DNA of 64,000 nt, from contig OZ242010.1 in the NCBI GenBank assembly GCA_965204745.1, positions 1,536,001 through 1,600,000 of the forward strand, written 5' to 3'. The stretch's first letter is position 1. The number at the start of each line of letters is the position of its first letter. The translations under genes were made by a program, and so were the position numbers. This document shows positions 27,475 through 37,804 of this stretch, in pieces. A model generated the notes under the pieces. That model saw only the letters and a list, made by a program, of their open reading frames with translations. It was not told the origin of the DNA and did not search any database. The stretch comes from Candidatus Latescibacterota bacterium. Lineage in GTDB: Bacteria > Latescibacterota > UBA2968.

Positions 27475-30357
27475 TTACGCCTCAAAAGAAATATGTCGTT
27501 CCGTGTGTTGGCAAGAGCCTTCGTTTTTGCCGCGGTAATTTTTGCACCCCCAGAATTGACCGTAAGGCCCTCGGCGTTGCACCATGTCTGCGCCGCAGGC
27601 CGGGCACAGGGGTAGCCATGAGTCGCAGGCCGGATCGAGACAGACCTTGAAGCGGTCGACGCGCTGCATGGGGTTGTCGCACTGTTGGCATCCGTTTTCG
27701 GCGTGTTTGCACAAGGGGTAATGGCTGCATCCGTAAAACACCCCGGATTTTCCCTGTCTGGCGACGAGTGTGCCGGTCTCGCATTTCACGCAAGAAATGA
27801 GATTGGCGGATGTTTGCGTCAAAGGCGTTTCAAACTCGTCGCGTTCCAAGGGATAGCGGTTGTCCAACAACTCGGTCACGAACTCGGACGCCGATGCCAT
27901 ATCGACAATCAAGTACACGCGCTGTTTGGCGCGGGTCAGGGCGACGTAAAACAACCGGCGTTCTTCTGCCTGGGGAAATTCATCGGCCTCGGGCAACAGG
28001 ACTTCGAGCAAGGGATGGGACATTTTCTGCGAGGGAAACCCGTATTGACCGCGTTCAAGCCCCAAGACGACCACGTAATCCGCTTCCAACCCCTTCGCGC
28101 CGTGAACCGTGTTCGACTCGATAGACAGGCCGGGGTATTGCCTTTGCAATGCGGTCAATTCGACCGGGGCCGGCAAGTTGAAATGAAACCGGCTGAGCAA
28201 ATAGACCGAACTGCCTTCTTCGGCCTGCGCGGCGATGTTCGTCAGCACGAGGTGCAGGCGATCATCTTCGGTGCGCGGCTTTTCCCGACGCAACAGGGAG
28301 ACCGCGGGGCGTTTGACGGTGGCATACGTGGTCAGGGTTTTTTTGACCTGCGCCGGGTTTTCGAGTACGAACCGAGAGGCGATGTCGCAGATGCTGTTGT
28401 TGAACCGAAAGGTCTTGTTTAGAACGGTGGTTTTGGTCGGCCCGAATTTTGCCTCGAATGCCGTGGTGAACCGAATGTCGCTGCCCGTAAAGCGATAAAT
28501 GGATTGCCAATCGTCGCCCACGCAAAACAGGGAACACGCATCAGCGGATTTTTTTACGGCGTTGACGAGGCGCGCCCGCGGCTCCGAGATGTCCTGAAAC
28601 TCATCTACGAGAATATATCGCCAGGGCGAGACAAAGCGGTCGTTTTCCACGTACTCGAGTGCTTTGCCGATCATGTCGTCAAAGTCGATGTGCTCGTTTT
28701 TTGCGAGGAAGGCTTCGTACGTCTCGCACAAGGGCAACAGAATTTTTAGGGCGTGCTGAAGCTGATCGGAGTCGATGGTCCGAAGTTGATCCGGACCGAG
28801 CAAACTGTTTTTGTAGCGGCGCAGCAAATCCGCGAGCAGTTGGGTCAACTCGCCAACCGCGCCAAATTCTCGCAGGGTGTCCAGCATCTCGTCTGGGGGT
28901 ACGGGATCAAAGGTCACGCCGGCCCGTGTCAATTTTTCTTTTAATCCCGTGAGCAAGGTGCCCTCGGTCCGTTCGTAAGAATGGGTTTCGATGAGGCGCG
29001 TGCCGTGCTTTTTGTGGAGGTCGCGTTTCCACGCCATATCGCGGTGGTATTTCCGCTTATCGACATAAGACGCGGTGTTGCCATTGCGGTCAATGCCGAA
29101 GTGCTCGATGTAGATACCGCACTCGGGCAGATAAAAATCGGGCTGGTATTGCCGAAAGTTTAGCCCCCGCGTCTCGTGTTCATAAGCGGCTTCGTATTGA
29201 TAGTCGATGCCGAGTGCGAACAGGTGATTGGCGATCAAACACTCTTCGAGGCTTTTGACTCGTTCCCCCTTGAGGGTGCGGATCTCATTTGCAAGAATCT
29301 GCTCGAAGTACTCGCCTTCGGTTTCAAAGTCAAAGGGGTTGACCGCTGGATACAGGTAATAACCGAAATAATCGAGAACCAATTGTTTGTAGCTCGGCTT
29401 CGCCAGCATCTCCTCTAACCACTGCTCGACATGCTTTCTCAATAACGCGCCGTCTTCTGCCAGCGGCGAGATCGAGGGCCGTGCGTTTTCGACTGACGCG
29501 ATGATGTCCATGCCCAGTTTGTGGAAGGTGCTGGCGACAATGCCTTTTGCACCCACGCGCTCGTCCAAGCGTTCCTGCATTTCTCGCGCCGCCTTGTTTG
29601 CAAATGCCAACATGAGAATTTGATCGGGTCTGGCCTGCCCGCTGTGAATCAAAAATCCCGCACGCCCGACCATGGTGCTGGTTTTGCCCGTGCCCGCGCC
29701 GGCCAGCACCAGATTGTTGTCTTCGTCTATCACACACGCATCGCGCTGGCTCTCGGTTAGGGGGTTGTTTTCCACCTGATCGAAATAGGCTGAAAATTGT
29801 GCTTTGAGGCGGTTGACATATTGGGCACGAAACGCTTCCACATCCGGCTCTGTCCAGTGCGCGATCTGTTGGATGAGCAAAAAATCCGAATGGACAGCGG
29901 GATCCAAGCAATGCGCGGCTGGCACGGCGCGAAATTGATGGAGCATGTCCCGCGCCAATGCTTTGGCTTTCCGATAGCGAGACTGCCGCAGATAACCCGC
30001 ATTCAGCAATTTGTCGATCTCTTCAGCGCATCGCCGCACCGCAGGCGCGAGTTTTTGATCGTCTTGCAACCAATGCCGGCAATCCCGCAACCAGTCGAAA
30101 AACCCCTCCACTTCTGAGGCGCGCAATCCTTTGAGCCGCTGTGCCCCGCGATCCGTTTGCAATGCCAATTCCGAGAACAGCCGCCCGCGATGCCATGCGG
30201 TTTCTCGCGTCAGGTTTTCAATGGGCACTTTGCGGGATTCGGCGTTTCTCCGCTTCAATATCAGGCCAGCGGACGATATTGCAAGGGTCGCCTTTTTCGC
30301 GCCTAAGAGACGCGGCAGCCAGTGGGGGGTTAGGATTTTATCGTAAATTGTGTTCAT
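27475..30357 (-). CDS. helD: DNA helicase IV (UvrD superfamily) with an internal nuclease-like segment and C-terminal zinc ribbons
   Basis: AGAGTGKT, VDEFQD, VGDDWQSIY, EERRLFYVALTRA; YQPDFYL...IEHFG; CxxC/FxGC ribbons. Confidence 0.88.
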   Translation of the reverse strand: MNTIYDKILTPHWLPRLLGAKKATLAISSAGLILKRRNAESRKVPIENLTRETAWHRGRLFSELALQTDRGAQRLKGLRASEVEGFFDWLRDCRHWLQDDQKLAPAVRRCAEEIDKLLNAGYLRQSRYRKAKALARDMLHQFRAVPAAHCLDPAVHSDFLLIQQIAHWTEPDVEAFRAQYVNRLKAQFSAYFDQVENNPLTESQRDACVIDEDNNLVLAGAGTGKTSTMVGRAGFLIHSGQARPDQILMLAFANKAAREMQERLDERVGAKGIVASTFHKLGMDIIASVENARPSISPLAEDGALLRKHVEQWLEEMLAKPSYKQLVLDYFGYYLYPAVNPFDFETEGEYFEQILANEIRTLKGERVKSLEECLIANHLFALGIDYQYEAAYEHETRGLNFRQYQPDFYLPECGIYIEHFGIDRNGNTASYVDKRKYHRDMAWKRDLHKKHGTRLIETHSYERTEGTLLTGLKEKLTRAGVTFDPVPPDEMLDTLREFGAVGELTQLLADLLRRYKNSLLGPDQLRTIDSDQLQHALKILLPLCETYEAFLAKNEHIDFDDMIGKALEYVENDRFVSPWRYILVDEFQDISEPRARLVNAVKKSADACSLFCVGDDWQSIYRFTGSDIRFTTAFEAKFGPTKTTVLNKTFRFNNSICDIASRFVLENPAQVKKTLTTYATVKRPAVSLLRREKPRTEDDRLHLVLTNIAAQAEEGSSVYLLSRFHFNLPAPVELTALQRQYPGLSIESNTVHGAKGLEADYVVVLGLERGQYGFPSQKMSHPLLEVLLPEADEFPQAEERRLFYVALTRAKQRVYLIVDMASASEFVTELLDNRYPLERDEFETPLTQTSANLISCVKCETGTLVARQGKSGVFYGCSHYPLCKHAENGCQQCDNPMQRVDRFKVCLDPACDSWLPLCPACGADMVQRRGPYGQFWGCKNYRGKNEGSCQHTERHISFEA

Positions 30358-30778
30358 GGCACAATGGATTTTTAATGTGTTGCTTGCTCATTTAATGCGT
30401 TTGGTCCTACAGCATCGTTGGTTGCCTCCGATGCCTTCGGCGACCTACTTTTTTTCAACAGCAAAAAAAAGTAGGCGAGCGGGGTACAACTGCCCCAGCA
30501 GTTCAAAAATGCCGCTCTCAAACGCCGAGAGGCTTGCACAGCGCAAATCGCTTTTGTAGCAGAACGACATGAGCCAGCCTGCAAAGTGGGTTGCAAGATG
30601 GACGTTGGTTGCGAGACGGACTTGCGCGCTGTGCGTGATGGCTTGATCGGAGGGTGTTTTGCGAGGGCATTTGTTGTGATGGCTTCTCTGGATACTGCGT
30701 AACAGGAGCTAAAGAAAAAAAGAAAAAGCCCCCTACTTCGGGGACTTTTCTCGGGCGACAGTGTGAATCGATGACGGG

Positions 30779-31387
30779 TTAGGCATCGATCTCGTCAAAC
30801 TCATTGATGACCCTGCCGATCAAGCCATACGATACGGCCTCATCCGGACTCATCCAGTAATCTCTGTCCGTGTCTTCCTGCACTTTTTCGAGCGGTTGAC
30901 CGGTTTCTCGGGCGTACATCTCGTTGATCTTTTGCTTGATCTTCAGCACTTCCTCTGCCGTGCGCCGAATGTCTTCGGCCACGCCTTGAAATTGCATGGA
31001 GGGCTGGTGGATCATGATGCGCGAATTTGGCAGGGCGAGTCGGTCTTCTTTTTTTGCGGCCAGCATGATCACCGTTGCGGCACTGGCTGACAGGCCCGCG
31101 CTGATCATTTTGACTGCGGGGCGGATAAACCGAATCAGGTCGTAAATCGCAAACCCGTCGTACACGCTGCCCCCGGGCGAGTTGATGAAAATTTTGATCG
31201 GCTGTTCCGGGGCTTGGTGATCCAAGAACAACAACTGCGCCGTTACTTTGGCGGTCAGTTTGTGATCCACGGGATCGGAAATTAAAATCGTGCGGGCGTC
31301 CATCAATCCCTTGCCCAGGAACTCAGTACCGGTTTGAGACGCTTCTTCGCCTCCTTCTTTGAGGATCACCTCGGCCTCACAAATCAT
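30779..31387 (-). CDS. clpP: ATP-dependent Clp protease proteolytic subunit
   Basis: INSPGGSV, SASAA, MIHQP, DRDYWM. Confidence 0.93.
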   Translation of the reverse strand: MICEAEVILKEGGEEASQTGTEFLGKGLMDARTILISDPVDHKLTAKVTAQLLFLDHQAPEQPIKIFINSPGGSVYDGFAIYDLIRFIRPAVKMISAGLSASAATVIMLAAKKEDRLALPNSRIMIHQPSMQFQGVAEDIRRTAEEVLKIKQKINEMYARETGQPLEKVQEDTDRDYWMSPDEAVSYGLIGRVINEFDEIDA

Positions 31388-31461
31388 CTGTTCCTCCAAA
31401 ATAAATGCGACCACAGCACCGTAAAACGAACGCTTGAATTTATCCCATCTCCCCATTCAAG

Positions 31462-32721
31462 TCAAGGGCTTTGCCGTTGGGCCGGCGCGTCTTCGGGTTT
31501 GGGGATGTTCACGAACCACGCGGCGAGGGCGACGAGCAACACGGCCGGCGCCAGCGCGTAAAACGCAGGCGCGTACGTGCCCGCAGAACGAAACACGCTT
31601 TCGAGAAACCAGGGGCCGATTGCCGACGCCAAAACCGCAAACACCTGGGCAACCCCCTGAATTTTGCCCAGATGGAGGCGACCAAAAATATCTGCCCAAG
31701 CCGCAAAAAAAATCACCGAGACCACGCCGCCCGAAAACCCGAGCAGCGCGGCGTGCCCCAGGGCTTGCCCTGTGGTCAAGAGGTGTGGAAACGCGAGCAA
31801 ATAAACGCCGACCGCCAGCATCGCAACGGTCATCAGCCTGCCCAAGGACCAATGGCGCGCGGCCCAACCGGCCAGAAAATTGCCCAATAATCCGGTCGCC
31901 ATGAACGCGGCCATCGCGTATTGAAACACGGTTTCGCCAAACCCGAGTTCGCCCAAGATCGACTGGTTGAGCAACAATACTCCTGAGATGATCAAATTGT
32001 AGAGCGCGCTGCCGACGGCAAAGACCCAAAAGGCCGGCGTCCCAAGTGCTCGGCAAAGGGTGAAGCCGATCATCGGGACATCCTCTGCCGCGCCTTCGGT
32101 AGTGAGGCCGAGGGATTCGGGATCGCGCCTGACAAAGAGCAGGGACAGGCCCGCGACGATCATCAATATCCAGCCGAGGCCCGACCACATCACGCGCCAA
32201 CCGCTGTTGAGCACCACATCGCCCGCGCCGACGATGGCGATGGAAAATCCTATGCTCATCAGGACCGCAAAGATGCCCATGGCAATGCTCAACCGCCGCA
32301 CGAACCACTTGCCGACAAGGGTCAGGCTCGCGACAGACAACGCGCTTTGCCCGATGCCGCGCATCAAAATGAGGAGAACGAGCAACACACCCGCGCTCGC
32401 CACGCGGCTAAATTGCAAGACCACCGCGCTCAACGCACCGAGTACGGCGGTCAGCACCGCGCGCACTCCAAAGCGGTCGATGGCGATGCCGCAGATCGCG
32501 CTGAACAAGGCCCCGATGATGGGCGCCCAGAAATTCATCTCTGCAAAATGGAGGCGGGAGATGCCCAAATCCGCGATCAACGGCTCGGTGATCAAGCCGA
32601 TGCCAACGGTTCTGCCCGGTAGCGTTGCCACCATCGCAATCGCCGCAAAAACCAAAATCACCCAGCCGTAATAAAAGGGCATGCGCGCAGGCCATGGATT
32701 GCCGAAAATATTTTTGAACAT
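31462..32721 (-). CDS. MFS transporter
   Basis: About 12 hydrophobic helices; FYYGW, DRFGVR, WFVRRL. Confidence 0.9.
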   Translation of the reverse strand: MFKNIFGNPWPARMPFYYGWVILVFAAIAMVATLPGRTVGIGLITEPLIADLGISRLHFAEMNFWAPIIGALFSAICGIAIDRFGVRAVLTAVLGALSAVVLQFSRVASAGVLLVLLILMRGIGQSALSVASLTLVGKWFVRRLSIAMGIFAVLMSIGFSIAIVGAGDVVLNSGWRVMWSGLGWILMIVAGLSLLFVRRDPESLGLTTEGAAEDVPMIGFTLCRALGTPAFWVFAVGSALYNLIISGVLLLNQSILGELGFGETVFQYAMAAFMATGLLGNFLAGWAARHWSLGRLMTVAMLAVGVYLLAFPHLLTTGQALGHAALLGFSGGVVSVIFFAAWADIFGRLHLGKIQGVAQVFAVLASAIGPWFLESVFRSAGTYAPAFYALAPAVLLVALAAWFVNIPKPEDAPAQRQSP

Positions 32722-33560
32722 CAATGCTCTGCTCTTTCCAAATTGACACACGCCTTGAGTTTTGCCAGTCCTTCTTCTGCGGCGGCGATGGCGCCCTGTG
32801 CCCAGTAGGTCGGGTTGAAAAGCTCTAAGGACAGCCTGCCGTCGTAGCCCGCGTTTTGAAGCCCGGCCGCGATTTTTGGCCAAGGTGCCAGGCCATCCCC
32901 CGGATAGACCCGATCCGCGTCTGTGAGGGCGTCTCGTTTGGGCGAGGCGGGGTAATCGTTCACATGTACCAAGCCCAATTTGCCCGGCCCGAGGTGTTCC
33001 AAGCCGTGAAAATGCCCGCTACCCTTGAACATGTGATAGATGTCGGCCAGCAACACGGTGTCGGGGCGTCCGCATTCGGCGGCGACGAACAAGGCTTCGC
33101 CCAAGGTGCCCAGGGTTTGTGCAATGCCCCAAAACTCCAGCAGGGGGACGGCTTGAAAGTCGGCGACCGCGTCTATCAGTTCGGCATATCGTTGCGCCAC
33201 GGGAAACAGATCGACTTTGCGATGCTGAATCCCATAAGGCGGCGCGGCCACATAATCGCAGTGGAGCGCGTCTGCCATTTCAAAGCAGCGACGGGCTTCT
33301 TCAATCCCCTTTGCACGCGGCGCATCTTCGGGCACGGCCCACTCGAAAAACGCAATCAGGTTGACGAGTTGAATCCCCCTGTCCGCGGCTTTGTCGCGTA
33401 GATCAATCAGCGACCCGCCCGCGGAAACCCAGTCGTCGATTTCCCTCACCCACAGTTCAATGCCCTCGTACCCCGCATTGGCCGCAATGTCGATGGCATC
33501 GAGGGCGGAGACCCCTGGGTTGCGAATCGTGCTGGTGTTCAAACAATAGGAAAAGCCCAT
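32721..33560 (-). CDS. Sugar phosphate isomerase/epimerase (xylose isomerase-like TIM barrel)
   Basis: AGYEGIELW, LEFWG, DIYH, HVND, PGDG, SLELF. Confidence 0.88.
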   Translation of the reverse strand: MGFSYCLNTSTIRNPGVSALDAIDIAANAGYEGIELWVREIDDWVSAGGSLIDLRDKAADRGIQLVNLIAFFEWAVPEDAPRAKGIEEARRCFEMADALHCDYVAAPPYGIQHRKVDLFPVAQRYAELIDAVADFQAVPLLEFWGIAQTLGTLGEALFVAAECGRPDTVLLADIYHMFKGSGHFHGLEHLGPGKLGLVHVNDYPASPKRDALTDADRVYPGDGLAPWPKIAAGLQNAGYDGRLSLELFNPTYWAQGAIAAAEEGLAKLKACVNLERAEH

Positions 33561-33570
33561 GATATACTCC

Positions 33571-34959
33571 TCATACACTCGGCAATGGCGCGGTGTCGCC
33601 GGTTTCGCGTTGCCATGTGCGAATCATCGCCGCCATGGCGCGAACGCGATCTCGGTGTTCGGTCGCGTCAAACAGGTTGGTTTCTTCAAACGGATCGGCA
33701 TTCAGGTCGAACAACTCGCATTGATCGCCGGCGCACAAATTCAGCTTCCAACGGTCGCCCGTCACCACGCAACGCCACGGTAGCGTGGCGATCAGATTGA
33801 TGTCGGGAGTGCCCAAATTGCGGTCCCCAATTCCGTTCCATTCCATAAATGCGCGGTGATCTTTCAAATCGCGGTCCCCGGTCAAAACAGCGGTCACACT
33901 CTCGCCCTGACATGCGTCTGGGATCGGCACATCGGCCAAATCCAAGAGGGTGGGAATCAAATCCGCATGCCCAAATACGCCATCTACATGCGTTTGCTCG
34001 GCCCCTAGCCACGGCACGGACAGCAGGAGGGGAACGCGGGCGGACTCGTCGTAAAATGCCCGTTTTTCCCACAGGCGATGATCCCCTGCCATTTCGCCGT
34101 GGTCGCTCGTGAACGCAAAGATCGTGTTCTCCATCTGCCCGGTTTCTCGGAGTGCGCGAACCATCTCGCCGATGGCGTCATCCACAATTTTCACATTGCC
34201 CAGATACTGCGCCCGAAGTTTTCGCCAGTTCTCGTCCCGCGTCATGTCGGTGGCGACGACGCGCGCGTCTGTGGTGTTGCGATAAAACGTTGCGCGCGTG
34301 CGGTTGAACAGGGAATGCCCTTCGGGGTGTTGCAAAAATGTGGGGCCGACCGGGAGGTCTTCCGGGTCGTACAAGCCATCATAAGGCCCGCGATACGGCG
34401 GGTGCGGCTCGAATGTGCTGGCGACGAGTAGCCACGGGCGGTCGTCGTTTTCCCGAATGAACCGCGCTGATTCCCGACCTACATAAGCGCCGATTTGGGC
34501 GGACGCGGGCATGGTCGCGCGTTGTTGCGGGGTGAATCTGCCGGGGACTTCTGGCGAGAAGCCCTGACCGAGTAGCCACTGGTGATAGCCGCATCCATCG
34601 GCGATGCTACACCACTCGTCAAATCCATGCTGGCAATTTCCCTCATCGCCCAAATGCCACTTGCCCACATAGCCCTTGCGGTAGGTATCGGGCATCATTT
34701 CGGCGAGGGATGGGGTCTCTCGTCTCAGCGGAATGCCATTGACCACGCATCCGTGCGCGTGCGGATAAAGCCCGGTCAGCAGGGACCCACGCGACGGCGT
34801 GCAGACCGCCTGCGTGACGTAGGCATTTTCAAAGACAAAGCTGCGCGCTGCCAGTGCGTTTTGATGCGGCGATTGAATCCACGCATTGCCATAACACGCC
34901 ATCGTATCCGCGCGCTGCTGGTCAGTGATGACAACGACGATATTGGGTTGACGCGACAT
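33571..34959 (-). CDS. Sulfatase (choline-sulfatase-like)
   Basis: PNIVVVITDQQR, CTPSR, GKWHLG, SDHGEM. Confidence 0.92.
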   Translation of the reverse strand: MSRQPNIVVVITDQQRADTMACYGNAWIQSPHQNALAARSFVFENAYVTQAVCTPSRGSLLTGLYPHAHGCVVNGIPLRRETPSLAEMMPDTYRKGYVGKWHLGDEGNCQHGFDEWCSIADGCGYHQWLLGQGFSPEVPGRFTPQQRATMPASAQIGAYVGRESARFIRENDDRPWLLVASTFEPHPPYRGPYDGLYDPEDLPVGPTFLQHPEGHSLFNRTRATFYRNTTDARVVATDMTRDENWRKLRAQYLGNVKIVDDAIGEMVRALRETGQMENTIFAFTSDHGEMAGDHRLWEKRAFYDESARVPLLLSVPWLGAEQTHVDGVFGHADLIPTLLDLADVPIPDACQGESVTAVLTGDRDLKDHRAFMEWNGIGDRNLGTPDINLIATLPWRCVVTGDRWKLNLCAGDQCELFDLNADPFEETNLFDATEHRDRVRAMAAMIRTWQRETGDTAPLPSV

Positions 34960-34977
34960 TGTGTTCTCCTAAGAAGA

Positions 34978-35262
34978 GGGGACCTATCCCCCCGGCCCCC
35001 TTTCCTACAAGGAAAGGGGGAGCGTAGGGCTTTCTGAAAGGTTTGTATCCCTGGCTGTTCTGATGGCTTTGAGCGACTGGAGCACGCCATAGAAACCCAA
35101 ACCCCCTTCGGGCAACCCCCTCACAAAACCTCTTGCTATTCCCCCCTTCCTCGCAGGCACAGACATAGCCTACAACGAAGCGGAGCGAGTAACGAGGGTT
35201 AGAGGGTAGGTCCCGATAGGGCGCGATTAAAAATCCCTCATCAATACCCTCGCAAAACCGCT
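34978..35262 (-). repeat. MITE-like GGACCTA element, inverted copy of ~22115-22394
   Basis: Direct sequence comparison. Confidence 0.85.
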
Positions 35263-35342
35263 CACAGTTCCCTCTCCCGTCTCACCGAAGGGTGTGGGGC
35301 AGGGCGGGAACTGACCACTGACTACTCTCGCCTTTTCCGTTG

Positions 35343-36104
35343 TTATTCGCGCAGGCCGCGCAGCATTTGACGGCAGCCATGGAGGTAGATGCCCGTATCC
35401 ACAGAGAGCGAAATGTACCCCACGCCCGCGTCTATCCAACGCTTCGCCGCGTCTGGGGAATCGGCAAATGTGCCGACCGTCAGCCCGGCATGGGTGATCA
35501 ATTTCGCGGCTCCGCGCATGCGATCCACCACGCGCGGATCGTGGACTTGGCCGGGAATGCCCAGGGATTGCGACAGATCATAAGGGCCCAAGAAGATCAC
35601 ATCGAGCCCTGGCACAGAGATGATCGCTTCGAGATTTTCGAGACCTTCCACGCCCTCGATGTGGACGAGCACCATCGACGCGGCATTGAGGCGTTCAAAA
35701 ATCGCCGCGCCATCGGCGAAATAGCGAGCCGCGCGCGTATAGGGCGAAACGCCCCGCATGCCCAGCGGCGAATACTTGGCCGCGCGCACCACGGCTTCGG
35801 CATCGGCTTTTGTGCAAATTTGCGGCACTTGCACCCCGGCCGCGCCGATATCCAACGCACGCAGGATTTGCGCGGGATCGTTTTCCCGCACCCGCACGAT
35901 AGGCGTGATCTCGACCCCGTGTGCGACTCGGCAGAGATCCTCGCAGGTGGGAATGTCGAGCGGCCCGTGTTCCGTATCGAGAATGACAAAATCAAATCCG
36001 CTGTACGCCGCGATCTCGATGAGCGCGCCAGAACTGAGATTGACGAAAGGCCCAATGGCGACTTCGCCGTTGGCAAATTTGTCTTTGAGCAGATTATCGG
36101 CCAT
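35343..36104 (-). CDS. HpcH/HpaI aldolase family protein
   Basis: DTEHG, PIVRV, LDIGA, FLGPYDLS. Confidence 0.9.
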   Translation of the reverse strand: MADNLLKDKFANGEVAIGPFVNLSSGALIEIAAYSGFDFVILDTEHGPLDIPTCEDLCRVAHGVEITPIVRVRENDPAQILRALDIGAAGVQVPQICTKADAEAVVRAAKYSPLGMRGVSPYTRAARYFADGAAIFERLNAASMVLVHIEGVEGLENLEAIISVPGLDVIFLGPYDLSQSLGIPGQVHDPRVVDRMRGAAKLITHAGLTVGTFADSPDAAKRWIDAGVGYISLSVDTGIYLHGCRQMLRGLRE

Positions 36105-36288
36105 GTCAAAGCTCCTCTAAAAGTTAAAAACGCGAAGTGGTATTCGGAATACGATACAAGGGGTGATTAGGAGGTCAGTCCCTGCAACCACCCACAAAAT
36201 GCGCGTAACAAATTGCGCCGTGAACGTGTCTAGACAGCGACGCGTTAAAACCCGTTGCGCGTCTTTCGCTGTGGTTCGGCAAAGCCCG

Positions 36289-37581
36289 TCACGCGCACAA
36301 TTTCAAAAATTCATCCCCTGTTTTCTCGCACCAGGCACGCAGGCGGCGGCGATGGTCGTCGAGTTCGTTTTTGAACCGCGCATTGACCGCGAGATTGACC
36401 ATTTCCCCGGGGTCGTTTTGGAGATCGACGAGTTGCTCGCGGTAGCGGCCCATGGGAAACGCGCTGTACTTGTAGCGATCCGTCAACACAGCGCGCGACG
36501 CACCCCCTCCGCCCGGGCCAGAGCCGATGTCGATGATGGTTTCAACCACGAGCTCATCGCGCCATTCGGTCAGCGCATTGCCCTCTGCGAGTGACCGCAA
36601 GCTCAAGCCCTCAAGCCCGTCCGGAACATGCGCGCCGCCGACCTCGCAAAGTGTGGGCAAAAGATCGAGGCCCAACGAGACGAGGTGCGTATCGTCAACG
36701 TGACCGCCCTTGGTGACGCCCGCGTGGCTGATGATAAAGGGGATGTTGATGACTTCTTCGTAGAGGCTGGTTTTTTGGTTCCAATTGTGCGCGCCGTGCC
36801 CGTCGCCGTGGTCGGAAGTGAAGACGATATAGGTGTTTTCTTCCATGCCGAGATCGCGCAAGCCGTCGAGCAGAACGCCGATTTCCGCATCCACTTTTTC
36901 GCACAGGCGATAGTAGAGGAAGCGCAGGCGGCGCCAGTCGTCGTCGGTGTATTCGATAGTGGGATAGACGCGGCGGTTGACCCGTCGCAACATTTGCAAA
37001 ATGTCGGGCGAATACGGTGGGATGGCGAAATTCGCGGGCAGACTCGGGCATTCTTCAATCGCGCTCGGGTCTGGCACAGGGCCTTGGGGCAAGGGCTGGC
37101 TGCGGGCCACTTGGCAGACGTCGTGCGGATTGAGAAAGGACGCGAACAGGAAAAAGGGATTGTCCCGGTCGCGTTTCATAAATTCAATGGCGCGCACCGG
37201 CACTTCGTCGTCCCGGCTACCGCAGATCACTTCGAAACCGCTTTCCTCGGGCGTGGTGCCGGGCACATGCCATTTGCCCGAAAGGGCGCAATCATAGCCC
37301 GCATCCGCGAGGAAATTGCCGAGGGTTTGGCCCTTGTATTCCGGCTTGATCGGCGTGCCATTGCTCGTCGCGCCGTTTTGATGCGGGTACACGCCCGTCA
37401 TCAAACTCGCCCGCTGTGGCCCGCACAGGGGATGCGTGCAATAAGCGCGGGTAAAGCGCGTGCCGGTTTGCGCGAGGCGGTCCATATTGGGGGTATGAAC
37501 ATCGGGATTCCCCGCACAAGACATCGCACCCGCGTATTGCTGGTCCGTGATGATAAAGAGAATATTGGGACGATCTGGCAT
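36289..37581 (-). CDS. Sulfatase
   Basis: PNILFIITDQ, CGPQR, GKWHV, SDHG. Confidence 0.92.
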   Translation of the reverse strand: MPDRPNILFIITDQQYAGAMSCAGNPDVHTPNMDRLAQTGTRFTRAYCTHPLCGPQRASLMTGVYPHQNGATSNGTPIKPEYKGQTLGNFLADAGYDCALSGKWHVPGTTPEESGFEVICGSRDDEVPVRAIEFMKRDRDNPFFLFASFLNPHDVCQVARSQPLPQGPVPDPSAIEECPSLPANFAIPPYSPDILQMLRRVNRRVYPTIEYTDDDWRRLRFLYYRLCEKVDAEIGVLLDGLRDLGMEENTYIVFTSDHGDGHGAHNWNQKTSLYEEVINIPFIISHAGVTKGGHVDDTHLVSLGLDLLPTLCEVGGAHVPDGLEGLSLRSLAEGNALTEWRDELVVETIIDIGSGPGGGGASRAVLTDRYKYSAFPMGRYREQLVDLQNDPGEMVNLAVNARFKNELDDHRRRLRAWCEKTGDEFLKLCA

Positions 37582-37804
37582 GGTGAAACTCCTTTCAGGT
37601 CAGTTTCCGCTCCGCCCAACCCCCTTCGGTGAGAGGTGAGACGGGAGAGGTGAGTTTATTAGCCACAAAAGGCACAAAAACACAAAAGGGGTACAACTGG
37701 CGATAGCCAGTTCAAAGGTGAGCGATGCGTGTAGGGGCGATGCCCTGTGCTCGCCCGAAGATAAGTAGTCAGCGGTCAGTTCCCGCCCATCTCGGAGAGG
37801 GGGC

